The translations under genes were made by a program, and so were the position numbers. This document shows positions 18,534 to 29,842 of a stretch of 64,000 nt of DNA, piece after piece (position 1 is the first letter of the stretch; each line of letters opens with the position of its first letter). A model generated the notes under the pieces. The model worked only from the letters and a program-made list of their open reading frames with translations. It was not told the origin of the DNA and did not search any database. The stretch is from NCBI GenBank assembly GCA_025963635.1, contig JAOQAK010000060.1, forward strand, positions 23,575-87,574, in the 5' to 3' direction. Source of the DNA: Ferruginibacter sp. Its GTDB lineage: Bacteria > Bacteroidota > Bacteroidia > Chitinophagales > Chitinophagaceae.

Positions 18534-18711
18534 TAATTGAATATACTCAATGCAAAAGAATTTTCGGGTTATTTTCTTGTTTTGAAGAAGAGGCACCCTC
18601 CTTTGTTTCAATCCAGATTCAGAATCACCCCTGGGTAACCGGGGACAGGTGTTGCCGCAGGCGGCCAGAATTGCAGCTTATTTGTTTTAAAAGTGAAGAT
18701 TAGCCGCCTTT

Positions 18712-19280
<569 letters not shown>

Positions 19281-19434
19281 CTTGCGAAGTTAAAGATTTA
19301 CCGGCGTTGTTATTGGTGTGTTAGATTAAATTCGCTGGTGATGATCGTATTGAGTAAAAGAATTAATTTATTGCGGCAAGCTTTCGAATACAGATAGATT
19401 TTTTACGAAATCCACCGGTTGGCTTCCAAAATAA

Positions 19435-20565
19435 CTAATTGACTTTTATGAGAGTATAGATAGCCTGGAATGTTTTCCTGGTAACCGGTGAGCCTTCAAT
19501 ATTGATTGAATCAATTAAACGGTCCTGGTCGGAAACGGCAAACATTACATCTTTTGAAATAAAGGTTATGCCTTCGATTTTATGATTGAATTTAATGATT
19601 GTACCGTTTTTGTTTCTTAATAATTCCGGGCGCTCATTTTGATAAAATTTTGCAATGGGGATGCTCCATAAATATGCACTTAACCGAATGCTGTCGGTAT
19701 TTGAAAACTCTTCTACCGAAGAACTGAAAAAAATCTCCTTCCGAAATTTGTTATAAGCAATTCCAGATAAGCCAACGTTAATGCCTAAAAATTTTGTAGG
19801 ATCTATTTCATAACACTTCTTAAAGTTATTATCCAGGATTACTTTGCCATTAACCAAATGGTATTTGGATGAAAGAACAATAAATGTATATTCGGGATCT
19901 TCGAAAGATTTTCCGATTTCCCGAATGCCAAACAATATGACAGAATCAGGCAAGGCACAAATGCCCTCAATCTTAAAATAAGGAGGGCCATTGGGGTAGT
20001 CTGATGTTTTAAGCGCATTTAAAAACAGTTTCCGCAGTCTTTTTGAGCTTTTTATTCCATCGTCAATAACCTCATCAATATAGTGTAGTGAGTTATAATC
20101 CCCATCTTTCCAATACAAAATTGAATTGTAGGCATCTGCTTCATTCGGTTTACCAGTAATCCATTCAAAATCTGTGGTGGCAAAGCAAATATCCCCGAAG
20201 GGCTCTTTAGTCATGTCTTCAATTTTCCGTACATTGATAAAACTTTCTGAAGTTAAATAGGTGACAGCACTTGCAGGGATGATATATGGAAATTTTTCGG
20301 TTAATGGAATTGAAAAAACAGGTGACAGGCCTGCCTGCATAATCTCTTTATCTTCTGCTATGATCAGCGAATTGTTGGCTAAAAAAACTGCTGATGCTTC
20401 GCAGTTTATTGGTTTATTCTTTTTGTCAACGATTTCGTTAGCGAAACAATTAATGAAGCCTTCGTGAATAATTTCGCCATAACTAATCGGGGTCGCAATC
20501 TTTTTTGATGAGGCGCATGAGCAAAATGTGTATATGCAAATTGCACCAAACAAGAAATGTTTCAT
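19435..20565 (-). CDS. Hypothetical lipoprotein, probable beta-propeller (DUF3616/phytase-like esterase-like)
   Basis: Lipobox-like FCSC and repeated blade-like motifs (CEASAV, KIEDMT, KIEGI, LSGIAY, KIEGIT). Confidence 0.5.
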   Translation of the reverse strand: MKHFLFGAICIYTFCSCASSKKIATPISYGEIIHEGFINCFANEIVDKKNKPINCEASAVFLANNSLIIAEDKEIMQAGLSPVFSIPLTEKFPYIIPASAVTYLTSESFINVRKIEDMTKEPFGDICFATTDFEWITGKPNEADAYNSILYWKDGDYNSLHYIDEVIDDGIKSSKRLRKLFLNALKTSDYPNGPPYFKIEGICALPDSVILFGIREIGKSFEDPEYTFIVLSSKYHLVNGKVILDNNFKKCYEIDPTKFLGINVGLSGIAYNKFRKEIFFSSSVEEFSNTDSIRLSAYLWSIPIAKFYQNERPELLRNKNGTIIKFNHKIEGITFISKDVMFAVSDQDRLIDSINIEGSPVTRKTFQAIYTLIKVN

Positions 20566-20750
20566 GATAGTTTATCTTACATAAATTATTAATAAACTGG
20601 CATCCATAAAATTATAGCCATATATAAGCGCAGCGTTTACTATGCAGCGGCGCAAGGTGCCTGGCGGAGATGCTGCTTGTAAATTGACACCCTGTGCTTT
20701 GTCTTTTGAGAGCAACCGGTGATAGCAGGTGAATGTGGTAAAGAATTCAA

Positions 20751-21563
20751 TCACTTTCCTCCTGGTTTAAGCGTTGAAATTTTATTCAAAATATCAAGCC
20801 AAAAAGGCGTACCCAGAATGATTGCAAAGATAGTTATTGCCATTCCCATTAATTTAGTAATAATAATATTGAATAATTGGAATGCGTTCTTATCACGGAA
20901 CTCATCCCCCTTCCAACCAAAAGGAAGATTATTATGTAACATTTCATCAAACTGTTTAGCAGCTGTAAGTTTTGATTTTAATTCTTTTTCAACTTGAATA
21001 TAAACCGATTTCAAACTATCGCTTGTACTGCCTTGTGTTAGATGTGAAAGTGCTGCTATTTTTTTGTACAATGTATCATTTTTAACGGCAGCATCTGTTT
21101 CTGAAATTACTTTAGCGTTTGCTTCAGGATTTGTATATAAGAATTTAGAGATAGCTATCGTATCGGCGTTTAAAAATATTGTAATCAAAATGGCGATATA
21201 CAAAATGAACTTGCTGGCATATTTTGAAACCACCTCTTCTTTTAGATTCTCAACGCTGTTTTCAAACCAACGCTGAATATGTTTTTTAAACAGTTCAGTT
21301 TCGCTGGAAGATTTTTCTGACAATGATTGGTAGACCTCTTTAGCTTCAAAACCATATTGAAGCAATATTCTTTTCATTTCAGAACTTAAACTATTAGAAC
21401 GCTCGATGCCATCTATTATCTCTTCAAGGTATTTAGCTACCCTATGAGGGTACTTACTATCATACGTGACCGCTTCAATTAAGGCGTTTGCAAAGTTTAC
21501 AGAAGTAATATGAGTTGATGCACTGCCAGGTTTTGACATTCCCGTTATTAAAGTATGATCCAT
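20751..21563 (-). CDS. Hypothetical membrane protein, probably 5'-truncated
   Basis: 270 aa with TM segments, LNADTIAISKFLY and GMAITIFAIILGTPFWLDILNKI. It starts 22 bp after the stop of the upstream peptidase. Confidence 0.55.
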   Translation of the reverse strand: MDHTLITGMSKPGSASTHITSVNFANALIEAVTYDSKYPHRVAKYLEEIIDGIERSNSLSSEMKRILLQYGFEAKEVYQSLSEKSSSETELFKKHIQRWFENSVENLKEEVVSKYASKFILYIAILITIFLNADTIAISKFLYTNPEANAKVISETDAAVKNDTLYKKIAALSHLTQGSTSDSLKSVYIQVEKELKSKLTAAKQFDEMLHNNLPFGWKGDEFRDKNAFQLFNIIITKLMGMAITIFAIILGTPFWLDILNKISTLKPGGK

Positions 21564-21585
21564 TAAAACTCTCGATACATCCGAT

Positions 21586-24174
21586 TTATTCTTTCACAAA
21601 TTTGTTGCGGCTTAAAACAGTGCCATCCCTTGCTGTTACTTTAATTATATAGAGCCCAGATGGTAATGTGCTGATGCGTAAGGCTTTATCATCCTGCATG
21701 ACTCTTTCTGAAAGTAAACGTTTGCCTTTGAGGTCAAATACCTCAATTATTTTCTCCTTATTGTAACCTCTTATAGAAATATTCACTACCCCGTTTGCCG
21801 GGTTCGGAAATAATTTAGTAGCTATAACCCCTGTGTTTGCCGTAATAAAGGCACTCCTGCTGGCCGTACCTGTGGTTATTTTTAAAGTATAACATACCGC
21901 AGCGTTATTGGCAGTTCCGGACGGATACACTTGTGCATAATAATCACCGGCAGCCACCGTTGCATTAATAGTTTCGTTGCCGGTGCCGCTATTATTAGAC
22001 CTTCCAATTCTTTTTCCGGAAGAATTTAGTAAGTCAAGATTATAGTTGGCGGGCAATGTTTGTAAGGTAACAGTTATGGTACCTCCTATTGTAATATGAA
22101 AACGATAATGGTCTATATCATTTGCCGGGCTGATAGTGCCTTTGATATCAGTATTCAACGGTATAATAGCCGCACCAACTGTTGTTCCATTTGAAGAAAC
22201 ATCGTATGCACCCGGACAGGAAGAAGCAGCACTGGTAGTAAACTGCGCCGATACATAATTGCCCGTAGGAGCTGTACAATTTGGTTTTACTCTCCAGTCG
22301 TATAACGAATTGGCCGTTAATCCGGTAAGGTTTACAGAAAGGGAGGTAGTAGCAGTGGCCGCATTTGTCCAGGTTGATGATGAAGCGGGTTTATACTCAA
22401 CATCGTAATTATTAGCGCCACTTGCTGCCGACCAACTGATAGTTGCAGTTGTTGATGTGATGGCAGAACTTGTTAAGTTACTAACAGTGCCGCAGGTAGG
22501 CAGTTTGGTGCTTGTGTTGTTTTTGGTGATCAGCCACGCTTCCGGGTCGATAACAACAGCATCTGCAACAAAACCTATTGACTTAGTAAATACTTCACCA
22601 TTGCTTGTATTGTTCACTATTACTGTTGCGGATTGTGTTGCATTGCTAAATTTAAGGGCGACAGGCAATTCAAAAAATGGAACTGATGTATGAGAAGTAA
22701 CCTGGTTCATTTTTATCCAAACATTGCCGGAACCGGAATTTGACCATTGTACATTGTAGGTGGGATAACCCTGTCCACTGTACCATTGATTAAAAAAGTT
22801 GGTTAAGTTTTGACCGCTCGCTTGTTCAAGGTGTTTTTTTAAGTCAGCTGTTCGGGCAAAGCCATAAACAATTGCCGGATCTGTTTGATAATTACGAAGT
22901 GCATTAAAAAAAATAACGTCACCCAGTTTCCAGCGTAACATGTACAACAAATGACTGCCTTTGGTATAACTCAGGCGTGAATCAAAGATGCGGTTCACAT
23001 CGTTGGTATCACTCACTTCAACAGAACCACCGGTTTGTGAAGTAATGTTATTTATTTCGCTTTGCCTGGTACTGATGATGTTGGCGGGGTATTTCTTTTC
23101 CATATACATGCTGGCCAGGTGTGTGGCGAAACCTTCATTGAGCCAGATATCTTTCCAACTGCCACAGGTAATTTTATCACCAAACCACTGGTGCCCCAAT
23201 TCGTGTGCACACAAACTTTCGCCAATGTTTACAACAAAGGTGGATGTTTGATATTCCATACCACCACCCCATCCAAACTGTACATGACCATATTTTTCAT
23301 TCATAAAAGGATAGGGGCCAAAAGTGGTATCGTAGAGTTGCATGGCATTTAAAGTATTAATGGTGCCGGTTTGAAAACTACTTAAGCTTTCGGGATAACA
23401 ATAGGTTTGCATCGGTAAAATGCCTGTACTCAATTGCACGGTATTATTGAAAACACTGTAGTTGGTAACGGCAAAGCAAATAAGATAAGTGGCAATGGCA
23501 TAACGGTGTTTCCAATGTGCTGTAATTTTTGTTCCGCCTGCGTTAATGGTTTCGCTTTGCAAAATGCCATTCCCCGCCGCTCTATAACCGATGGGATTGG
23601 TAACTAAAATATCTATTGAATCGGCTTTATCATCCAGCCCGTTTTTACAGGGCCACCAGTCGCGGCTTCCGTATGGTTCGCTGAGGCTCCACATTACAGG
23701 CGTATTTGAATGGGTGGATTGTATAAAGGAACCAAAGCCCGTATTTGGAGGAACTCCCTGGTAAAAAATGCTAACCGAATCTAACGTGCCGGCATTTACC
23801 ACAACAGGAAAATTAATAGTGAGTGTATTATTTGCCTGCGATTTTCCCAGCAATGCATTGTGTTGTTTTACGCTGTCCGCAACCAGCGGGCTCATCAGGT
23901 CAAATGAAATATTATTAGTTGCTGAGGTAATGGTATAATATGCCGTCACCTTCCCTTTGATATAGCGGATGGCAGGGTCAACTTCCCACTCACAGCGGTA
24001 ATACTTTACATCAAAATTACCGGAGGCCATGGTTAGTGTTTCCGTGCTGCTAATCCGTTGATGGGCGAGGCGTTCCATCGTGGCGATATCGCTTATGCTT
24101 TTACAACTTTCTCCAGGGATTTGGGCATGAGCAATTAGTGATACCAGCAGTAAAAATGTAAAAAGCAAGCGCAT
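21586..24174 (-). CDS. M1 family aminopeptidase with FN3, PPC and T9SS C-terminal sorting domains
   Basis: GGMEYQ exopeptidase motif, HELGHQWFGD...WLNEGFA zinc motif, FN3 (WSAASGANNYDVEYK) and CTD (LFPNPANG...LPSGLYIIKV...KFVKE). Confidence 0.95.
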   Translation of the reverse strand: MRLLFTFLLLVSLIAHAQIPGESCKSISDIATMERLAHQRISSTETLTMASGNFDVKYYRCEWEVDPAIRYIKGKVTAYYTITSATNNISFDLMSPLVADSVKQHNALLGKSQANNTLTINFPVVVNAGTLDSVSIFYQGVPPNTGFGSFIQSTHSNTPVMWSLSEPYGSRDWWPCKNGLDDKADSIDILVTNPIGYRAAGNGILQSETINAGGTKITAHWKHRYAIATYLICFAVTNYSVFNNTVQLSTGILPMQTYCYPESLSSFQTGTINTLNAMQLYDTTFGPYPFMNEKYGHVQFGWGGGMEYQTSTFVVNIGESLCAHELGHQWFGDKITCGSWKDIWLNEGFATHLASMYMEKKYPANIISTRQSEINNITSQTGGSVEVSDTNDVNRIFDSRLSYTKGSHLLYMLRWKLGDVIFFNALRNYQTDPAIVYGFARTADLKKHLEQASGQNLTNFFNQWYSGQGYPTYNVQWSNSGSGNVWIKMNQVTSHTSVPFFELPVALKFSNATQSATVIVNNTSNGEVFTKSIGFVADAVVIDPEAWLITKNNTSTKLPTCGTVSNLTSSAITSTTATISWSAASGANNYDVEYKPASSSTWTNAATATTSLSVNLTGLTANSLYDWRVKPNCTAPTGNYVSAQFTTSAASSCPGAYDVSSNGTTVGAAIIPLNTDIKGTISPANDIDHYRFHITIGGTITVTLQTLPANYNLDLLNSSGKRIGRSNNSGTGNETINATVAAGDYYAQVYPSGTANNAAVCYTLKITTGTASRSAFITANTGVIATKLFPNPANGVVNISIRGYNKEKIIEVFDLKGKRLLSERVMQDDKALRISTLPSGLYIIKVTARDGTVLSRNKFVKE

Positions 24175-24537
24175 AAAATTAGTTTTGGGTGATATAATGG
24201 TGTTTAAAATTAATAATAATTCACATGTATAGGGGAAAACTTTCTGGAATATCGCTGTAAGCGGCGGAAGTATTTTCTATAGAAAAATTGCATTGATCCT
24301 AAGTGCAGTTCGCCCGGCCAATACAATCGGTTATTGCTTTTATGGATACTATCGAAGCACTTTGCGGACGCATGCTGAATGAATCCTTGCTGCTCCCGCC
24401 CTAAAATATATTGCTCCACGAAATCTACCTAGTTGGCTTAAAAGAGTGAGCACTTCAATTTGCAAACAATAATAATACAATAAGAAACCGCATTTTTGTG
24501 ATACCTCATTAATAAAAGCTTTCTGTTGGGTTATCCC

Positions 24538-24545
24538 TACTTTTG
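24538..24545 (+). promoter_or_regulatory. Bacteroidetes -7 promoter box
   Basis: TACTTTTG matches TAnnTTTG, 23 bp upstream of the 24569 start. Confidence 0.6.
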
Positions 24546-24568
24546 CGTAATTTTTAAAGCATTCGAAT

Positions 24569-25123
24569 GTGATAAGTGTACAATTAAATGAACGTTGCCA
24601 GGGTACTTGTGAATTGTGCAATAGTGTACCTGCTGTGCATGAATATACCGTAAGTCCAAAAAAAGATGGCCTCACTGAAAACGAGGTTGCTCTGTGTGAT
24701 ACTTGTTTAAGTGCAATGGGTGCAAAAGACAAGGGTAATTACTGGCGCTGCCTTGAAGGGAGTATTTGGAATGCAGAGCCCTCGATACAGGCATTAAGTT
24801 ATAGATTGCTTCAAACATATAAAAACGAGGACTGGGCAAATGATGTCATCAACTCGATTGACCTGGATGAAAATACCATACAATGGGCGATGAGTGCTTT
24901 TGAAGTGGCTGATGTTCATAAGGATTCATTTGGAAACCTGCTTGAAAATGGTGATACGGTTGTTTTAACACAAGGGCTGAATGTTAAAGGCACGAGTTTT
25001 ACCGCTGCCAAAGGTACAGTGGTAAAAAAGATAAGATTAGTCACCGATAATACAGAGCAAATTGAAGGAAAGATCAACGATCAAACTATCGTCATTCTTA
25101 CCAGGTTTGTAAAAAAAGGATAA
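24569..25123 (+). CDS. phnA: PhnA/YjdM-family zinc-ribbon protein
   Basis: CELC...CDTC zinc ribbon and the C-terminal PhnA domain KDSFGNLLENGDTVVLTQGLNVKG...KGTVVKKIRL. Confidence 0.85.
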   Translation: MISVQLNERCQGTCELCNSVPAVHEYTVSPKKDGLTENEVALCDTCLSAMGAKDKGNYWRCLEGSIWNAEPSIQALSYRLLQTYKNEDWANDVINSIDLDENTIQWAMSAFEVADVHKDSFGNLLENGDTVVLTQGLNVKGTSFTAAKGTVVKKIRLVTDNTEQIEGKINDQTIVILTRFVKKG

Positions 25124-25267
25124 GAATTTATCTGGGATAATTCCTCTTAGAACTTCATTTATCAGCATGTTAAGTACCAAAGGAAATCAGGTGATTGATC
25201 AAATAGAAGTCTGTCCATTAACCACCTGCATTTTTCAAAATTATTTCATTTGCTGCCGGCGAAAAGT

Positions 25268-25834
<567 letters not shown>

Positions 25835-25868
25835 ACTTTTGTATTTATTGCTGTTGAAATCGAAAATA

Positions 25869-26447
25869 CTAATCATTTAATCCCTTCCCATTCAGAATTT
25901 GCTGCATACATTTCTCAATCCTCGATTCCCGGGTTTTGGACTGTTTGGGGGCAGAAAAATAAAGAAGGTATCCTCTCTGACGTCCTGGCGTCAGAGCTTT
26001 GAAAGCTGTTCTCAAGGCGGAAATTTTATCTAATTTATTTTGAAACTCTTCGGGGATGGAGAATTCGGCGGTCTTTTTTAAATCCACTTTGAAACCGGCT
26101 TTTTCCACTTCGATGGCTTCATAAATATAAACTTTCAGGATGGCTTGCATTTGAACTATTTCCCGAACATTCGTAAACCTGATCTGCCGCGCTGCCTGCA
26201 CACGCTCCGTTTGTTGAATTAGAATACCATTGACATCCTTCAATAAGGCACCCTTGAAAAACAAAAGCGCACAGTACTCTTTAAACACATGTATTAGAAC
26301 GATGTTACTTTTCTGCAACGTGTAACAAGGAACACCCCATTTCAATTCTTCTGTGAGCCCACAGCCAAGAACGATGATTCTTAATTGCTCCAGTTCCTCC
26401 TGCCAGCTTTTGGCTTTAGTAAAATAAAAATCAACTTTAGAATTCAT
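25869..26447 (-). CDS. YdeI family protein (DUF1801 + OmdA domain)
   Basis: LTEELKWGVPCY, HVFKEYCALLFFKG, AFKALTPGRQRGY...AKQSKTRESRIEK. Confidence 0.9.
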   Translation of the reverse strand: MNSKVDFYFTKAKSWQEELEQLRIIVLGCGLTEELKWGVPCYTLQKSNIVLIHVFKEYCALLFFKGALLKDVNGILIQQTERVQAARQIRFTNVREIVQMQAILKVYIYEAIEVEKAGFKVDLKKTAEFSIPEEFQNKLDKISALRTAFKALTPGRQRGYLLYFSAPKQSKTRESRIEKCMQQILNGKGLND

Positions 26448-26464
26448 TTTATTTGTTTTTGTAA

Positions 26465-26854
26465 TTAAACTGCCTGGATATTTACCATGGTTCTATTTGC
26501 AGGTCTGAAATACCAGGACAAAATAATAAAAACAGTCTGCATAAATGGTCCAATAATTCCCTTTGCTGCATAATCGCCGCTTGCCAAATGCGAAACAATC
26601 GCCCCGGTCATGATAAAAAAGAAACCTGCATAGGCCCATTCTTTAACAAGTGTAAATCGCGGGATTAAAATAGCGGCTACGCCAAGTATTTTCCACACAC
26701 CAATGATGTAGAGGAAATATAATGGATATCCTAAAGGAACAACTAAATCAACCATCGCTTTTGTTTGAAATATTTGCGCCAGGCCACTTCCCAACATGCC
26801 AACGGCCATCAAAGCTGTTGCAATCCAGTAGACAATTAATTTTCTCTTTTCCAT
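26465..26854 (-). CDS. DoxX-like family membrane protein
   Basis: LGYPLYFLYIIGVWKILG...KEWAYAGFFF. Confidence 0.88.
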   Translation of the reverse strand: MEKRKLIVYWIATALMAVGMLGSGLAQIFQTKAMVDLVVPLGYPLYFLYIIGVWKILGVAAILIPRFTLVKEWAYAGFFFIMTGAIVSHLASGDYAAKGIIGPFMQTVFIILSWYFRPANRTMVNIQAV

Positions 26855-26860
26855 AGAATG

Positions 26861-27325
26861 TTATTTTAATTTGCTTACTATGTTTTGTAACCGGTCATGC
26901 GCCATATTAATGCCCTGGGCAAAAGGTAGCTGCAGTATTTGGTCCCGGTAGGCGACTGATCTATATACTACATGCATAATGATTTTACTGGTGTCCTCAG
27001 TAAGTTCTTCAAATTCCAGGAATTCAAGCTGCACGCCAAATGGCGTATTCTCCATTTCAAACGTCCGCGTGATTTTCCGGTTCGGAACAAACTCATGGAT
27101 TACCCCATTGAACCCGTATTTGTTTCCCTTGGGATCGGTTGTTTCAAATTGATAACTGCCGTGCTTTTTATTTTCGAGTTTCAGCACTTTCGTTCCCATC
27201 CATTGCTCAATAATTTCCGGCGCTTCATAAGCTTTGAAAAGTAATTCCAGCGGCAAATCAAATTCTCTTGTTATCATCAATTCCTGTTTGCCGTCCTCGG
27301 CATGAATCTTTGTTTTCTGTTCCAT
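26861..27325 (-). CDS. SRPBCC (AHSA1/START-like) domain protein
   Basis: ELMITREFDLPLELLFKAY, FVPNRKITRTFEME, GINMAHDRL. Confidence 0.88.
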   Translation of the reverse strand: MEQKTKIHAEDGKQELMITREFDLPLELLFKAYEAPEIIEQWMGTKVLKLENKKHGSYQFETTDPKGNKYGFNGVIHEFVPNRKITRTFEMENTPFGVQLEFLEFEELTEDTSKIIMHVVYRSVAYRDQILQLPFAQGINMAHDRLQNIVSKLK

Positions 27326-27326
27326 A

Positions 27327-27647
27327 TTATTTGCTTTTATACTTTTTCATGATTGTTTCTAATTTGTTGAACCGGTCTTCCCACATGTTACGGAATGGCT
27401 CAATGAAGTCAGCTACTTCTTTCATTTTTTTTGCATTGATATGATAGTATATTTCCCTGCCGTTTTGCGCCGGCTCAAGTAATTCGCACTCGGTGAGTAT
27501 TTGCAGGTGTTTGGAAATGGTCGGTCTTGCAGTGTCAAAGTTTGACGCTATTGCACCCGCTGTCATGGTTTGTGAGGCTAACAATAGCAGTATCGCCCTC
27601 CTGGTGGGGTCTGCGATGGCCTGGAAAACATCTCGTCGTAAATTCAT
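27327..27647 (-). CDS. ArsR/SmtB family transcriptional regulator
   Basis: [35 protein letters not shown]. Confidence 0.93.
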   Translation of the reverse strand: MNLRRDVFQAIADPTRRAILLLLASQTMTAGAIASNFDTARPTISKHLQILTECELLEPAQNGREIYYHINAKKMKEVADFIEPFRNMWEDRFNKLETIMKKYKSK

Positions 27648-27649
27648 TA

Positions 27650-27691
27650 GTAGCTATTTGACTACAAATTCACGTGTAGCTATTTAACTAC
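27650..27691. promoter_or_regulatory. Tandem GTAG-N8-CTAC operators upstream of the ArsR gene
   Basis: gtagctatttgactac (27650-27665) and gtagctatttaactac (27676-27691), immediately 5' of the start codon. Confidence 0.7.
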
Positions 27692-27875
27692 GCAAATTTT
27701 TCTATGATTTTTTTCAGGACATTTTTTTCAGGACCGTTCGTTCTTAATCTGAAAAATGCCGGCGGATATTTTCCAAAAAGCCAGCAAAGGATTGCCTCGC
27801 TAAAATTGATTGAGAGATTGAAATGTAGTCAGTTTTACGTTTACGAAATGATAGCCGTTCGTTGCTTTCGTTGTG

Positions 27876-28454
27876 TTACTTCTTGTATTTATTGTCCTTC
27901 CATTTGTTAGTTCCATTTTCGCTGTCCGCTATAAGTTCGTTTAGTCGCTTTATTCTGGTAGTTGCTTGTTTTGCACGCATTACCCAGTGCGTTGAAAGTT
28001 TTCTGTACGAAGGTGCAAGTGATTGAAAATAATCCCACGCTTTTTTATTTTCCTTAAATTGTTTTTCAAATTTTTGGGTAAGTTTTACTTCTTCATTCTC
28101 GTGAGTATATATTTTAGATTTCTCTTCCTTTCTTTTTTCAAAACTTGCAAGCCCTGCTGGTTGCATAAGTCCTTTTCTTGTTAATTCTTCAATTTTTTTG
28201 ATGTTGATTGCGCTCCAAATGCTTGTCGGTTTCCGCTGAGTGAAACGAATCTGGTAGCTATCCTGATCAATAGATTTCCGAACCCCATCTATCCACCCAA
28301 AGCAAAGTGCTTCGTCAACCGCCTGAGACCAGGTCATGCTGAGTTTTCCGCTGCCAACTTTATGAAAGCCAACTACTAATTCAGTTTCTTTTTTATGGTT
28401 TTTCTTTAACCACTTTTGAAAATCAGATTGAGTTGCAAAAAATATTGGTGTCAT
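27876..28454 (-). CDS. YdeI/OmpD-associated family protein
   Basis: WLKKNH, AVDEALCFGWIDG, FTQRKPTSIWSAIN, WVMRAKQATTRIKRL. Confidence 0.9.
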   Translation of the reverse strand: MTPIFFATQSDFQKWLKKNHKKETELVVGFHKVGSGKLSMTWSQAVDEALCFGWIDGVRKSIDQDSYQIRFTQRKPTSIWSAINIKKIEELTRKGLMQPAGLASFEKRKEEKSKIYTHENEEVKLTQKFEKQFKENKKAWDYFQSLAPSYRKLSTHWVMRAKQATTRIKRLNELIADSENGTNKWKDNKYKK

Positions 28455-28478
28455 TAGTTATCTTTTTTAAACATAAGT

Positions 28479-29051
28479 CTACCCGATCTCAATATCGTAT
28501 TTATCCAATAATCCAATAATGCCCGGCATAGAAAATTTTGCTTTTTTGATTTTATTTCTCTCCGGATTTATCGAATAATTAAATGAAGTGCGGAAGTCGG
28601 CTTTCTCCAGGACAGTATTTTCGAAAGTTGCCCTTGTTAAATCGCAATTATCAAAGAGCGATCCTGTTAAGTCGGTTTCAGTAAAATCTACTCCCTGCAT
28701 ACTCGAATTTTTAAAGTTCGTTTTTTTTAATTTTCGTTTGTAAAAGGAAGAAAGATTGAGAACACAATTGTCAAAATCAACAGTAAAGCGGAATTCGCTG
28801 CAATTATCAAAATGTAAGCCCAATAATTTGCAGTCTTTAAATTGAATGTCCTGGAAGCCCGTCTTTGCCAGGTCTGCCAAACTCATATTGCAACTAAAGA
28901 ATTTGCACTGTGAAAAATTGAATTTAGATAAGTTTAGGTTTGAGAAATTGCAGTTTGTAAAGATGCAGTTTTCATACTCCCCGTCTGCGAATCCGGTTGT
29001 GGTATAGTCTACGTTCTGAAATTCCTTGTCTTCGATGTAAGTCTTTTCCAT
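28479..29051 (-). CDS. Pentapeptide repeat-containing protein
   Basis: Continuous A(D/N)LxX-type pentapeptides (CNFSNLNLS, TDLTGSLFDNCDLTRATFENTVLEKADF). Confidence 0.92.
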   Translation of the reverse strand: MEKTYIEDKEFQNVDYTTTGFADGEYENCIFTNCNFSNLNLSKFNFSQCKFFSCNMSLADLAKTGFQDIQFKDCKLLGLHFDNCSEFRFTVDFDNCVLNLSSFYKRKLKKTNFKNSSMQGVDFTETDLTGSLFDNCDLTRATFENTVLEKADFRTSFNYSINPERNKIKKAKFSMPGIIGLLDKYDIEIG

Positions 29052-29084
29052 TCTATGTAAATATTTTAGCAGGTTTTTTTAGCG

Positions 29085-29170
29085 TTGCGCTAACGTTGTG
29101 TGGTAGTGGGCTTTGTTTTGTTCACTATTCAATTAGTTGAAAGATTGCCTAAACTCCACCGGCGAAAGGT
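29085..29170. repeat. Degenerate attC-like element (left arm only)
   Basis: ttgcgctaacgttg at 29085-29098, the same start as the element at 29171. The right arm is not recognisable. Confidence 0.35.
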
Positions 29171-29361
29171 GAGCGCTAACGTTGGCACCACTGAAGAGCA
29201 GGAATTGATGCAGATACTTTCCGGTTAAGATGCTAAATCAATGTGGATTACAAACCGAAGAATAAAGTCTTCATATCAAAATCCTGGCCCTGTTAAAGAC
29301 GATAGAAAGTTAATGTCCAATGCCCGGTCCCGAGTTTTGGCAATACATTATTGGCAGCAGC
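29171..29361. repeat. attC-like imperfect palindromic element A
   Basis: Left arm gcgctaacgttggcaccactgaagagcagga and right arm tcccgagttttggcaatacattattggcagcagc (29328-29361). Confidence 0.65.
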
Positions 29362-29390
29362 ATTTGTTCCTGGTGTTATTAGTCTTTCCG

Positions 29391-29756
29391 TTAAGCATTT
29401 CTCAATATCTTCTCCATCTTTTTGCCTTTCGCCAATTCATCCACCAACTTGTCTAAATACCTTATTTGCTGGGTTAAGGGATTTTCAATTTCTTCCACCC
29501 TGTAGCCGCAAATCACCCCGGTAATGAGGTGTGCATTTGGATTTAGTGTAGCTTTTTGAAAAAGTGTTTTGAAAGTCGCTTTCTCGTCAATCAGCTTTTG
29601 CAGCTTCTTTTCATCAAAACCGGTCAGCCACTCTATTACCTGGTGCAATTCTTCTTTTGTTCTGCCTTTACTCTCAACTTTTTTGATATAGAGCGGATAA
29701 ACTGAAGCGAATACAAGTGCTGCTATTCGCTCATCGTGTTCGGGTGTCGTGTTCAT
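29391..29756 (-). CDS. DUF2200 domain-containing protein
   Basis: FASVYPLYIKKVESKGRTKEEL..VIEWLTG, ITGVICGYRVEEIE, IRYLDKLVDELAKGK. Start taken at ATG 29756. Confidence 0.9.
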   Translation of the reverse strand: MNTTPEHDERIAALVFASVYPLYIKKVESKGRTKEELHQVIEWLTGFDEKKLQKLIDEKATFKTLFQKATLNPNAHLITGVICGYRVEEIENPLTQQIRYLDKLVDELAKGKKMEKILRNA

Positions 29757-29842
29757 AACTGATGATTTATTTGTAACGTTAATTCGCTTCAAATTGCCCT
29801 GTCGGCCAATGTAAAACGTGTTTGAAATGAAAGTAATTTTGC

